Of a stretch of DNA of 64,000 bases, positions 39,332 through 48,306 are shown piece by piece. This DNA comes from a virus. Where the stretch lies: positions 64,001-128,000 of the IMG/VR virus record IMGVR_UViG_3300028394_000041; one strand, given 5' to 3'. Each line of letters starts with the position of its first letter. Position 1 is the first letter of the stretch. A program made the translations under genes and the position numbers. The notes under the pieces were generated by a model that saw only the letters and a list, made by a program, of their open reading frames with translations, was not told the origin of the DNA and made no database searches.

Positions 39332-40354
39332 TTAAAGGTTAAATGAACCAATTCCTCCAATGCAGTTTGTAAAAGTTCCAATTCCAGTTACAGCATCTCC
39401 GCCAAATGAATAATCTCCACCAGTGCAATTTGTAAAAATTCCACGCGCAACACCACTTGCGCCAAATGAATACTCTCCAGCAGTGCAATTTTTAAAAGTT
39501 CCACTTGCAGTATTACTTCCAAATGAACCAATTCCAGCAGTACAATCTGTAAAGTTTCCACTTGCAATTCCGCCAAATGAATAGTTTCCACCAGTGCAAT
39601 TCGTAAAAGTTCCACTTGCAGTTCCACCACTTCCGCCAAATGAATAATCTCCACCAGTGCAATTCGTAAAAGTTCCAGTTGCAGCTCCACCATCTCCGCC
39701 AAATGAACCAATTCCGCTAGTGCAACTTGTAAAGTTTCCACTTGCATCGCCAAATGAATAGTTTCCACCAGTGCAATTCGTAAAAGTTCCACTTGCAGTT
39801 CCATTATAGCCAAATGATTTATTTCCGCCAGTGCAATTTATGAAAGTTCCACTATACTCTATTGCAGTCCTTGTGCTCCAAGTATAATTCGAATTAGAAG
39901 TAAATAATACATTTTCTACATATGTTAAATTTAAATTAGTATTTGGAAAATAAGCTGCTGGACTAGTAGTAGATAAAGTGAGTGGTGAATAAGTTGTATT
40001 ACTATTTTTTATTGTTAGATTAAATAATTTAACATCATTTGCAGTTTGTTGAACTGTGCCTCTACTTATTTCTCCAACATTACTTGTGATATAATGTTTG
40101 CTTCTATCTGAAGTAGAACCAACTATATCAATATATTGAGTATCAAGAATTAAACTTTGAGTTCCAAGATCATAAGTTGCTGCTGGTAAAATAACAGCTA
40201 ATCTATTAACAGTTGACAAAGATGCGCCATTAGGTAATGTTGTTTTTGCAAGAGAATAAGCTGCTAGAAGATTGTTGCCATTAGTTATAGCATTATCTGT
40301 TACTTTAACAGTAACATAATTGGCGCTATTTAACTTATTTAATAAATCAGCCAT
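39332..40354 (-). CDS. beta-helix-like virion protein with C-terminal Cys-containing tandem repeats
   Basis: Nine copies of (A)SGxFTNCTGGxxSFG after a pectin-lyase-like N-terminal region. Confidence 0.75.
   Translation of the reverse strand: MADLLNKLNSANYVTVKVTDNAITNGNNLLAAYSLAKTTLPNGASLSTVNRLAVILPAATYDLGTQSLILDTQYIDIVGSTSDRSKHYITSNVGEISRGTVQQTANDVKLFNLTIKNSNTTYSPLTLSTTSPAAYFPNTNLNLTYVENVLFTSNSNYTWSTRTAIEYSGTFINCTGGNKSFGYNGTASGTFTNCTGGNYSFGDASGNFTSCTSGIGSFGGDGGAATGTFTNCTGGDYSFGGSGGTASGTFTNCTGGNYSFGGIASGNFTDCTAGIGSFGSNTASGTFKNCTAGEYSFGASGVARGIFTNCTGGDYSFGGDAVTGIGTFTNCIGGIGSFNL
39338..39855. repeat. coding tandem repeat, about 51-63 bp units, 9 copies
   Basis: Recurrent CCAAATGAA..CCAGTGCAATT..AAAAGTTCCA units. 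Confidence 0.85.
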
Positions 40355-40355
40355 T

Positions 40356-41699
40356 TTAACTTACTCCTATTCCTTCACCTACGGTTGTCCAACCTGTATA
40401 ACCTACATTATTTACACCGAGGAGCTGCAAGCTCTCATTCTTATAAAGGTTAATATTAGAGAATCCGTCTATAGTTCTTTGACCAGACCCTGTTATTAAC
40501 AATATTCCAGTATTTAAATTTTTAACATAATAATTTATACCAGAAGTTATGTCGCTAGGCAAAGTGCCTGTTATGTTAGTTGAACTATTAGCAATATTTA
40601 TATAAGTATTACCAAAAATAAAATTACTATTAACATAATTATAAGATGATAATTTTTTATTTGTTATTTGAAGAGTATCAAAAGAACCTGTTTGAGTAAA
40701 AGTCTTAATTCCAGAGATAGTTTGATTGCCAAATGTTAAAACTGAACTGCCGCTAAGTGAATTTATCTTATTATCTAAAGTGCTGCCAGTTGATGCTAAA
40801 TTAGCTGTTGTTGCATATGAGCTTAAGTTAACTCCCGTTAATACTGGATTACCAGAAATATAAATTTGACCAGAGATATTTACATTTCCATTTATTAAGT
40901 TTATATTTGTCCCAGAGAAATTAAATTCACTAATATTACTTAAATCTAATGCATTAAAAATTCCTGTTCCTTGAACTTCAAGGTTATTTATGAATGTTTT
41001 ATTTCCGCTTATGCTTTGATTTCCTGTAGTAAAAACAATATTACTAGATGGAGAATTTATATAGCCACTAAAATTGTTTATTTTAGTATCAAGCGTCGAA
41101 CCAGTAGTAGCAAGCTGACTATCACTAGCGTAAGTAGTGTCTAAGTTACCAGTATATCCAGTGAACAAACCACTTAAGGTATTTATTTTTGTATCAAGAG
41201 TCGATCCAGTCGAAAAAAGATTCGTAGTAAATGTTTCGTTCGTTCCAGTAAAATATCCGCTAACATTGTTAATTTTCGTATCAAGCGTCGAACCAGTATT
41301 AGCTAATTGAATATCGCTAGCAAAAGTTGCATCTAAAGAACCAGTATATCCAGTAAATAAACCACTTAAACTATTGATATTAAAATTTAAAGTACTTCCA
41401 GTTAAAGCTAAATTAATTTTTGTTGCGTATGAGCTTAAATCTATTCCAGTTAGTACCGCATTTCCATTTACAAAAAGTCCACTAGTGAAATTGCCACTTC
41501 CATAAACTGTAAATTGATTACCAGAAATAACCAAAAAGTCACCTTGCGCCGAGTCACCAAATGTTGTATTTTCTGCAAAAGTTTTAACACCAGATATAAT
41601 TTGATTTCCAGTATTGTAAATTAAATTTGGCGCAATTGTTTGGTGGGAAAATATTCCTGAGCGACCAAGAAGAGTCTTGCTCTTAAATGTTTGTGCCAT
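40356..41699 (-). CDS. fibre protein (paralog of 37283-39322)
   Basis: Same TGNQxISGxKTF and TGSTLDTKINxLSG modules; C-terminal domain resembles 58817-59242. Confidence 0.7.
   Translation of the reverse strand: MAQTFKSKTLLGRSGIFSHQTIAPNLIYNTGNQIISGVKTFAENTTFGDSAQGDFLVISGNQFTVYGSGNFTSGLFVNGNAVLTGIDLSSYATKINLALTGSTLNFNINSLSGLFTGYTGSLDATFASDIQLANTGSTLDTKINNVSGYFTGTNETFTTNLFSTGSTLDTKINTLSGLFTGYTGNLDTTYASDSQLATTGSTLDTKINNFSGYINSPSSNIVFTTGNQSISGNKTFINNLEVQGTGIFNALDLSNISEFNFSGTNINLINGNVNISGQIYISGNPVLTGVNLSSYATTANLASTGSTLDNKINSLSGSSVLTFGNQTISGIKTFTQTGSFDTLQITNKKLSSYNYVNSNFIFGNTYINIANSSTNITGTLPSDITSGINYYVKNLNTGILLITGSGQRTIDGFSNINLYKNESLQLLGVNNVGYTGWTTVGEGIGVS
41110..41159. repeat. 50-bp exact repeat, copy 2
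   Basis: Identical to 38955-39004. Confidence 0.9.
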
Positions 41700-41794
41700 A
41701 TTCTTTTCCTTCTATTAGCTTGCGCTAAATTGCTATCTTTCGATAGGCTAAAGAATAAAAGAAGATTTTTCTAGTATTCTAAAGAATATTACAC
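41700..41794 (-). promoter_or_regulatory. GTGTAA motif (41789-41794) followed by a structured 5' leader
   Basis: CTATC-GAAA-GATAG and TTAGC-GCAA-GCTAA hairpins enclosed by a TTCTTTT/AAAAGAA stem that covers the SD. Confidence 0.6.
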
Positions 41795-41801
41795 TAATAA
41801 A

Positions 41802-42593
41802 TTAATCTGCTACTGCAGGATTTTGTTGTAGACTTGCGAATGTATGGATTTTTGCACCAGCTTCAGCTAAATCATCTGAAAGTAATCCAGTATAGCCAGC
41901 TGCACTAATATTTTTTATACTTAAATTATACATTACATCATTACCGACTTCAAGGGTTGCTTGAACTTTTGGAGCTGTACTGAATGATACGGGATAAAAT
42001 ACAGCATAAGAATCTGTGCCTTGAGTTAATGAGGTTGTGAATACTTGTTGACTAGATCTTTTAACAAATTTTGCGTCTGCTGCACCGCTAAATGCTGTTG
42101 TGATATTATATAAAGCATTACCAGTCGCATTTAAAGCGCCACTTAAACTTGTTGTATAGGAATAAAGAGTTGAGCCAGTTAGGGCTAAATCTAGTTGTGT
42201 TTGATCAAGTTCGCCACTTAAACTAGAAATATAACTATATAAATTTGATCCAGTAGCGTTTAATTGACCACTTAAGCCATTAATTAAATTACTAACTGCG
42301 GTATTATTTCCACTTATTGTAATTTCATTGGTAGCTGAATCAACTAAAATAGAAATTCCATTTCCGCCAGTTATCTTGACAGCATCTTGTAACCCGTTTA
42401 AGGTACTTACATCTGCGTTTGCGGTAGTTATAAGATTATTTAAATAACCACTAATACCTGTTAATTCGTGATAATAGGCAATTCCAGTATTTCCAAGGCC
42501 AAGTCTAAGGACGCTTTGATTTAAATAGTTTGTGCCTTGTACTGGAGTTAAATTATAACCGCTGAGACGAATATGTTTGAATGCGCTTATCAT
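41802..42593 (-). CDS. short fibre protein (coiled coil + small C-terminal beta domain)
   Basis: LSG..ATG coiled-coil repeats; C-terminal domain similar to that of 42630-43178. Confidence 0.65.
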   Translation of the reverse strand: MISAFKHIRLSGYNLTPVQGTNYLNQSVLRLGLGNTGIAYYHELTGISGYLNNLITTANADVSTLNGLQDAVKITGGNGISILVDSATNEITISGNNTAVSNLINGLSGQLNATGSNLYSYISSLSGELDQTQLDLALTGSTLYSYTTSLSGALNATGNALYNITTAFSGAADAKFVKRSSQQVFTTSLTQGTDSYAVFYPVSFSTAPKVQATLEVGNDVMYNLSIKNISAAGYTGLLSDDLAEAGAKIHTFASLQQNPAVAD

Positions 42594-42617
42594 AAATTTA
42601 TGTATCCTTTCACAATA

Positions 42618-42623
42618 TTACAC
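42618..42623 (-). promoter_or_regulatory. GTGTAA late-promoter motif
   Basis: 24 nt upstream of the ATG at 42593; AAAGGA in the leader. Confidence 0.65.
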
Positions 42624-42629
42624 TTAATT

Positions 42630-43178
42630 TTATTTTTTGACTTGAATATTTAGATAATATCCATTATTCAACAAGTTATCGCTAAAATTTATATAAAATC
42701 CAGTTGGATTAATCGATCCTAAATTAAAATAGTAAGCTATATCATCAACGGTATTTTGAAATGCACAAACTACTGATCTAGGCGAAGTCGATAGCACGTT
42801 TGGATATGTTATATAATAAGAGTCTGATCCTGCTGTTAGATTAGCTTTATAGCCAATTACATTTTCTCCTTCAAAATAACCACTTAATGGCGCAGCATTT
42901 ATTTTAATTGATTTATAAGGATTTTGAGAGCTATCCGATAATATGCTAATACCTGTTTGAGCAATAAATCTTAAGGTTTCTATTCCGCTTGGAATTAAAT
43001 CTATTTGCCCACTTACATTTATTATTTTAAAAAGATTATCGGCTCCAGCTGGGCCTTGTTGACCTTGTGGACCTTGTGGACCAGGAATATAAACGTTAGC
43101 TGTATCTTCAAAAGATGGAGAAACAACCTCGGCTGCAGTTGCTTCTGGTAAGATTACATCTACGATAAAATCTGACAT
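42630..43178 (-). CDS. short collagen-motif fibre protein
   Basis: GPQGPQGQQGPAGAD; C-terminal domain shared with 41802-42593. Confidence 0.65.
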   Translation of the reverse strand: MSDFIVDVILPEATAAEVVSPSFEDTANVYIPGPQGPQGQQGPAGADNLFKIINVSGQIDLIPSGIETLRFIAQTGISILSDSSQNPYKSIKINAAPLSGYFEGENVIGYKANLTAGSDSYYITYPNVLSTSPRSVVCAFQNTVDDIAYYFNLGSINPTGFYINFSDNLLNNGYYLNIQVKK

Positions 43179-43182
43179 AAAA

Positions 43183-43557
43183 TTAAAAAGCGGTAACTTC
43201 TGGACTTACAATGAATTTTCCTCTTATCAATTTAATTGAATTTCCTGTTGGTGTACTGTAAGGAAATCTTTCTATATCGTAAACAAAAACTCCAGCAGGA
43301 ATACTTGAAGTATCATATGATGATACATTGATATTTACTAATCCAGATACATATGCTGATCCATTGTTTCCGCTATAAATTGTTGGTTTTAAATTTAATA
43401 AAATTCCAGAATTTCCTGTATATCCATAGCTATATTTTACAACCCCTCTAACGTCATAACCGCTAAGATTGATTCGGTTATTGCTTGTGTCTTTTACGGC
43501 TAGAGTTAATTGAAGATTATCGCCTTGGATTAAATTTATATTATATGAAGTGGCCAT
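43183..43557 (-). CDS. BppU-N-like fibre adaptor
   Basis: YNINLIQGD..INLSGY..VYDIE..KLIRGKFIVSPEVT pattern. Confidence 0.6.
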   Translation of the reverse strand: MATSYNINLIQGDNLQLTLAVKDTSNNRINLSGYDVRGVVKYSYGYTGNSGILLNLKPTIYSGNNGSAYVSGLVNINVSSYDTSSIPAGVFVYDIERFPYSTPTGNSIKLIRGKFIVSPEVTAF

Positions 43558-43565
43558 ATAATAAA

Positions 43566-43571
43566 TTACAC
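43566..43571 (-). promoter_or_regulatory. GTGTAA late-promoter motif (leaderless)
   Basis: 8 nt upstream of the ATG at 43557. Confidence 0.65.
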
Positions 43572-43587
43572 TATATTAAATGTGCAA

Positions 43588-46095
43588 TTATGGTTTAATT
43601 AATTTACTGTATGATAAAGTGGATTCTAGCCCACTTCCTGGAGCAACATCAACAAATTTTTCTAGTCCATATGTAAATTGTTTAGGAGTGATTTGATTAA
43701 AGTCACCAACTACGTGCCAGTAAAGATTAGAATTAGCTTCTCCAGAGACAACCATTAGTAATCCACTAGTTGAATATCCAGTCAATCCAATATTCCAATT
43801 AGAGGCTGTGCCAACGTTATAACCATTGATAAGGGATAGGTTGTTAATTTTAACACCGTTACCGCTGTTCTCCAAAGTAACATTATATTTTCTTGCTGCA
43901 AATTTTCCATTGGTATTGTACTTGTCACTAACCGCAAGTAGATTTAATGTTCCATTGAGTACGTTTCCACTTTTAATTATAGCCATGCCTTCTAAATCGC
44001 CATTAGAAATATTAATTTCTTTGCCATTTAAATAAATTGATTTTAGGTATGAGCCAGTTGTAACGCCTTTCCAAGACAATTGAGATCTTTGGACTAATGA
44101 TTGATTATAGAATGGTCCCGAAGCGAATACTAACTCCCCTAGATTTGAAGCACGTCCATTATTTCCAATTACAATACTATTCTTGGCAGTACTAGTATTG
44201 CTTTTACCTAGAATGATTGAATCTTTTGCGTAACTAGCATTATTGTTTCCTACGCTAATATTATCATTTCCGAATATAGTTAAAAATCTTCCAATTGCAA
44301 TTGCACCCGTAGCATTAATATATGTATCATCACAAAATCCGAAATTATCATTTCCATCGAAATAATTGCGATTACCAATTACCGTATTCTTTTGTGCATA
44401 ACCAATCGAACTTCTTTCTGCAGAATTAAGTACTTTATTATTACTACCTAAAATTTTGCTATCAAATGCTGTATTTTCATTGGATTGACCAATCAAGATA
44501 TTAGAATCAGGTTTATTAAAACCTATCCCAGTAAAGAAATAATTATTATTAAATTGTCCTAAAACAATATTAGCTGATCCATATATAACATTTTGTGATC
44601 CTAAAACAGCGTTGCCATTCACATATACGAAATTAGTATTTCCAAAAATTTGGTTTGAAGTACCACTTACAAGGTTAGAGTTGCCAACTATGCTAGAGTT
44701 TATAAGAGCACTTTTGTTAAAGCTTCCTAAAATAGTGCTAGTATTACCAATTTTTTCTATATTAGCGTTTCCAATACAAATAAATTTTGTAGCACTTGGG
44801 TTTGGACTCCAATTTCTAGATAACGAAATTGTTCCGTCGGCATTTAAAAAAGCATCACCTGACTGCTGTAGTACATAATTTTTAATACCAAAAATTAAAT
44901 TATTATTTAATCCGCCAATGATTTGATTGTCTTGACCAATTACATGAGTGTCAGAGCCAGTAACATAATTACTAAATCCAAAAATAGAAACTTTTTTATC
45001 TGCTGGATTTAATGAAACTTCTTGATTTAAAATAAAGTTTGTTTTATTATTTACAGATTGTGTTTTAGCTATATTTCTATTACCGACTAATAAGGATTGA
45101 TTTGCGCCTACATTTGAATTTCCTATTAGAATAGATTCTGTTAAATAGCGATAAGCTGTATTGTTTCCCCAAACTGGCGAGTAGCCAGTCAAATCATAGA
45201 AATTAATATTACGATTTGAGGTGCCTATTGTAATATCTGTATATCTATTTGGGACTGTGTATAAATTACTGATATCCCAAGTTTGGGATAAATTTGGGTT
45301 ACCACTAACTCCAGATAGAACTATTCCGCGATATAGACCAGAATATGCAACTCTAGTATCTAATGTATCTTTTACGTTAACATAATCATATCCTGGATCT
45401 GTAGAAATATTTATTCTTGGGAAAATTCTTACTCCATTTGCAAACATTAAATTCATAGAATTTGAATCATCAAAATAATATTTATCTGTATTACCATCTG
45501 TTATTAATACTACTCCGCGTCTGCCACCTTCAATTTCTTTATTAGATGCATTAATAATATGATGATTGGTGCTGTTGCTATTTATTAAGACTCCAGATGA
45601 ATTTGTAATCGCGCATCCAGTAGAATCCACTATCATTCCATCATAAGTATTTTCAATTGAGACTCCGTCACAATTTATAGTTTCACAAAATTGAGAGTTA
45701 AATATTCCATTTCTAGTATCAACATATTCTCCAGAACCGTATGCTTTTTCTCTATGTATAAAATTTCTCCATCCGCCAACGATTGAAGAGTAATTTGTTC
45801 CACTGATATAACTATCTTCTGCAAGAATTAAACCTCCTGTTGCATAACTATCTATAGATCCAGTAATAGGCGCATGATTTGGCACGGTGTATTCTATTAC
45901 GCCAACCTTAGTGTTTGACCAAATTAAATTTTTACCTTGTAAAAGAGATCTTCCGCCCAGACCAGAGACATATAAATTGTTTCTGTTCTGCTCGTCTGTA
46001 AGTAAAAACATGCCATAGTCTTGAGGCTCTATGACCCTTGGATTTTTTAAATCTGCGGTAACTAATTGAGTGTATATTTTTCCAGACAAATTCAT
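43588..46095 (-). CDS. trimeric adhesin-like (YadA-head-type beta-roll) fibre/spike
   Basis: Many ~14-residue NxxxGxxNxxxG repeats (SIIG/NQIFG/NIVLG). Confidence 0.7.
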   Translation of the reverse strand: MNLSGKIYTQLVTADLKNPRVIEPQDYGMFLLTDEQNRNNLYVSGLGGRSLLQGKNLIWSNTKVGVIEYTVPNHAPITGSIDSYATGGLILAEDSYISGTNYSSIVGGWRNFIHREKAYGSGEYVDTRNGIFNSQFCETINCDGVSIENTYDGMIVDSTGCAITNSSGVLINSNSTNHHIINASNKEIEGGRRGVVLITDGNTDKYYFDDSNSMNLMFANGVRIFPRINISTDPGYDYVNVKDTLDTRVAYSGLYRGIVLSGVSGNPNLSQTWDISNLYTVPNRYTDITIGTSNRNINFYDLTGYSPVWGNNTAYRYLTESILIGNSNVGANQSLLVGNRNIAKTQSVNNKTNFILNQEVSLNPADKKVSIFGFSNYVTGSDTHVIGQDNQIIGGLNNNLIFGIKNYVLQQSGDAFLNADGTISLSRNWSPNPSATKFICIGNANIEKIGNTSTILGSFNKSALINSSIVGNSNLVSGTSNQIFGNTNFVYVNGNAVLGSQNVIYGSANIVLGQFNNNYFFTGIGFNKPDSNILIGQSNENTAFDSKILGSNNKVLNSAERSSIGYAQKNTVIGNRNYFDGNDNFGFCDDTYINATGAIAIGRFLTIFGNDNISVGNNNASYAKDSIILGKSNTSTAKNSIVIGNNGRASNLGELVFASGPFYNQSLVQRSQLSWKGVTTGSYLKSIYLNGKEINISNGDLEGMAIIKSGNVLNGTLNLLAVSDKYNTNGKFAARKYNVTLENSGNGVKINNLSLINGYNVGTASNWNIGLTGYSTSGLLMVVSGEANSNLYWHVVGDFNQITPKQFTYGLEKFVDVAPGSGLESTLSYSKLIKP

Positions 46096-46108
46096 GGTAC
46101 AGTATTAG

Positions 46109-46114
46109 TTACAC
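46109..46114 (-). promoter_or_regulatory. GTGTAA late-promoter motif
   Basis: 13 nt upstream of the ATG at 46095. Confidence 0.6.
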
Positions 46115-46132
46115 CTAAAAACTATTTTTAAC

Positions 46133-46480
46133 TTATTTCCCTTCAGATAAAATATTTTTTACGTCTTTTGACATTTTAATTTCATTTTGAGCTTGGGCGG
46201 GAATCCTATACGCAGACATAAATTTCTTATATTCGCTTAATAATCTTTTTGTTAACAATTCTCTATTATCTACTGGAATTAATCCTAGCTTATTTGCATG
46301 AGCTTGTAAATCACTTTTATTTAGTTCAGATACATACTTTAAGTATTGCTCTTCTGTTTGTTGTTTATACCTAGAAGAACCATCATCGCCCCAAATTTGG
46401 TCTAAAGTTTTATGTTGAGTGTCTTCTATTTTTCCATGAGTCTGGTTTAGTTCGTTTAATTTTTTGCTTCTATTTTTCAT
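46133..46480 (-). CDS. hypothetical protein with Rho-N/HeH-like helical motif
   Basis: LNKSDLQAHANKLGL..RELLTKRLL; AAGGAG SD. Confidence 0.6.
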   Translation of the reverse strand: MKNRSKKLNELNQTHGKIEDTQHKTLDQIWGDDGSSRYKQQTEEQYLKYVSELNKSDLQAHANKLGLIPVDNRELLTKRLLSEYKKFMSAYRIPAQAQNEIKMSKDVKNILSEGK

Positions 46481-46505
46481 TAATATTCTTAAATCTCCTT
46501 AGTAT

Positions 46506-46534
46506 ATTATATAATTTTAATTTATTAATGTCTA
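46506..46534 (-). promoter_or_regulatory. sigma70-type promoter
   Basis: TAGACA-N17-TATAAT upstream of 46480, just after the MCP terminator. Confidence 0.65.
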
Positions 46535-46573
46535 AAAATAAAAAGACCCAACAGAATTAACTGTTGGGCCTTT
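46535..46573 (-). terminator. intrinsic terminator after the major capsid gene
   Basis: Minus strand GGCCCAACAG-TTAATT-CTGTTGGGTC followed by a T tract. Confidence 0.85.
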
Positions 46574-46593
46574 CTATTAGATTTATCTTTTAA

Positions 46594-47673
46594 TTAGACT
46601 ATTAATCCAACTATGGAACGTGCATCTACGCAAACACGACCTTCTTCTAGTGATCCGTAGAAGCCAGTCTTTTCAGAACGGGCTGCGAATTGATCATCTG
46701 GAAGAACAGTGAATGTGCCACCACTTTCGGCTTGACGAGCTACTGGGCGGATGAATGCCTCTTTGCTCAAGTCTAGTCCGATTGCGATTTGCTTACTGCC
46801 TACTGCCCAGTTTGTGCTGAGACTTGAAGCGCCATAAGCATTGAATAGAACGCTATATTTTTGTCCAACGCCAAGTTCTACTAGTTCGTGTACTGACACT
46901 CCGTAGAACTCACTATTTCCACCACGATAAATTCCTTCACGAACTGAATCAGGAAGGTTTTCACCACTTAGAGGATTATAAGCGAGTGAACGCATATTAC
47001 CTTTGATCTCAGGGCTAACAAATAAATCTGTTAATCCGTAAGTATCGGTTGTTGCTCCACCAGCGTAAGAAGTATTAATTCTTTTAACTAGAGTCATTAG
47101 TCTGTTAAGATCATTTAGTACAAATGTTCCAGGGGTTCCAGCACTGATGATTTGACCACCAGCTACTCCAAGATTAGAACCAACTACTGCTGATCTTGCT
47201 TCAGCAAGAGCTTTTAGAATTACTGCCCAAGCGTTACGCTCTTGTTTTACAAGAACTTCGTTGGTCATACGTTCTACTGCTTTACTTACTACATCTAAAC
47301 GTCCACTGCGAGCATAGCGTTTTAAGAAACTTACTGCTGCATCTAAACGGTATGTAGAGATTTTAAGTTCATTAAAACCTTCTACTGTTGAAGAGGGGAG
47401 GCCTCCAGCTACATTTTGACTCCAAACTGTAACGTGATCTTGTGTTTGATCATGCCACAAATCTAGAGGAAGGCTAGGATTATCGTCTTCATCGTAAGGT
47501 GAATCGCTGTAGATTGTACTAGCGGTTCCAGCTTGCATTAGGACTTTACTTACTACGGGTCCAATGAAAGCGGCGAAAGCTTCAGAAGCTTCTTTGGCTA
47601 CGGTACCATCTCTGCTACCCATAGCTTTGATAAGCTCGATTTGCTCAGGTGTATTTTTTAATTTGATTTTCAT
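46594..47673 (-). CDS. major capsid protein (HK97 fold expected)
   Basis: 359 aa after protease/scaffold and decoration genes; strong SD, biased codons and a terminator. Confidence 0.85.
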   Translation of the reverse strand: MKIKLKNTPEQIELIKAMGSRDGTVAKEASEAFAAFIGPVVSKVLMQAGTASTIYSDSPYDEDDNPSLPLDLWHDQTQDHVTVWSQNVAGGLPSSTVEGFNELKISTYRLDAAVSFLKRYARSGRLDVVSKAVERMTNEVLVKQERNAWAVILKALAEARSAVVGSNLGVAGGQIISAGTPGTFVLNDLNRLMTLVKRINTSYAGGATTDTYGLTDLFVSPEIKGNMRSLAYNPLSGENLPDSVREGIYRGGNSEFYGVSVHELVELGVGQKYSVLFNAYGASSLSTNWAVGSKQIAIGLDLSKEAFIRPVARQAESGGTFTVLPDDQFAARSEKTGFYGSLEEGRVCVDARSIVGLIV

Positions 47674-47697
47674 TTTTTTTATTAATCTCCTTATGGA

Positions 47698-48288
47698 TTA
47701 GAAGCTGAGAGTAACTACAGCTGTATTATTTACTGGTGCACCAAGTAGAGTTCCGACTCTTGTTTGATTTCCAGCGGTAGTACTTAGTTCACCAACTGTT
47801 GGACTGAGATAAACTCCGTCACCAGCGCTAGCTGAATTGCTAATTAGTGAACCACTATAAGTTACCATTCCTCTTGTGAGAACTGGAACTGATTGACCAC
47901 TGACAACTACGCCCTTTTCGGCGGCTTTGCGTGGATTAAATAGTAATTTTTCACCGTTTTCATCATATTCTTGAACGCCCATAAGGGTAATTCCAAGAGC
48001 TAGACTGCCAGATGCGGCAGGGACTACTTTTGCTGTTAAAGCAAAACGGTCTGAAACGACGTTCATGTAGGTAGAACCAGCGCCGCCAGCTAGATCAACT
48101 GGAACTGCGCCGAGAAAACCTGTGCCGCCAAGTCCTGCAACTACTGGTTGAAAACCGTTGCCAGCGACTTTAACTACTGTACCAGCAGAAGCAATAACGC
48201 CATTAGCGCTTTGATCAGCTTGGACAGCAAATAAATTGATTACATTGTGTTCATTGTAATCTCTGAATGGTTTGAGTGTATGTGCCAT
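47698..48288 (-). CDS. head decoration/cement protein
   Basis: Gly/Ala/Val-rich 196 aa between scaffold and MCP; DENGEKLLFNPRK..VSGQSVPVLTRG. Confidence 0.7.
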   Translation of the reverse strand: MAHTLKPFRDYNEHNVINLFAVQADQSANGVIASAGTVVKVAGNGFQPVVAGLGGTGFLGAVPVDLAGGAGSTYMNVVSDRFALTAKVVPAASGSLALGITLMGVQEYDENGEKLLFNPRKAAEKGVVVSGQSVPVLTRGMVTYSGSLISNSASAGDGVYLSPTVGELSTTAGNQTRVGTLLGAPVNNTAVVTLSF

Positions 48289-48306
48289 ATATATTTTTCT
48301 CCTTGT

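Noticed and set aside
39388-39813. 141-aa alternative-frame ORF with LQVELLRIALVE repeats
   Set aside because: It is a shadow of the tandem repeat in the 39332-40354 gene, with no separate initiation signal.
30348-46095. Diversity-generating retroelement acting on fibre/lectin genes
   Set aside because: There is no reverse transcriptase in the window, and the repeats are exact or differ at non-adenine positions rather than forming a TR/VR pair.
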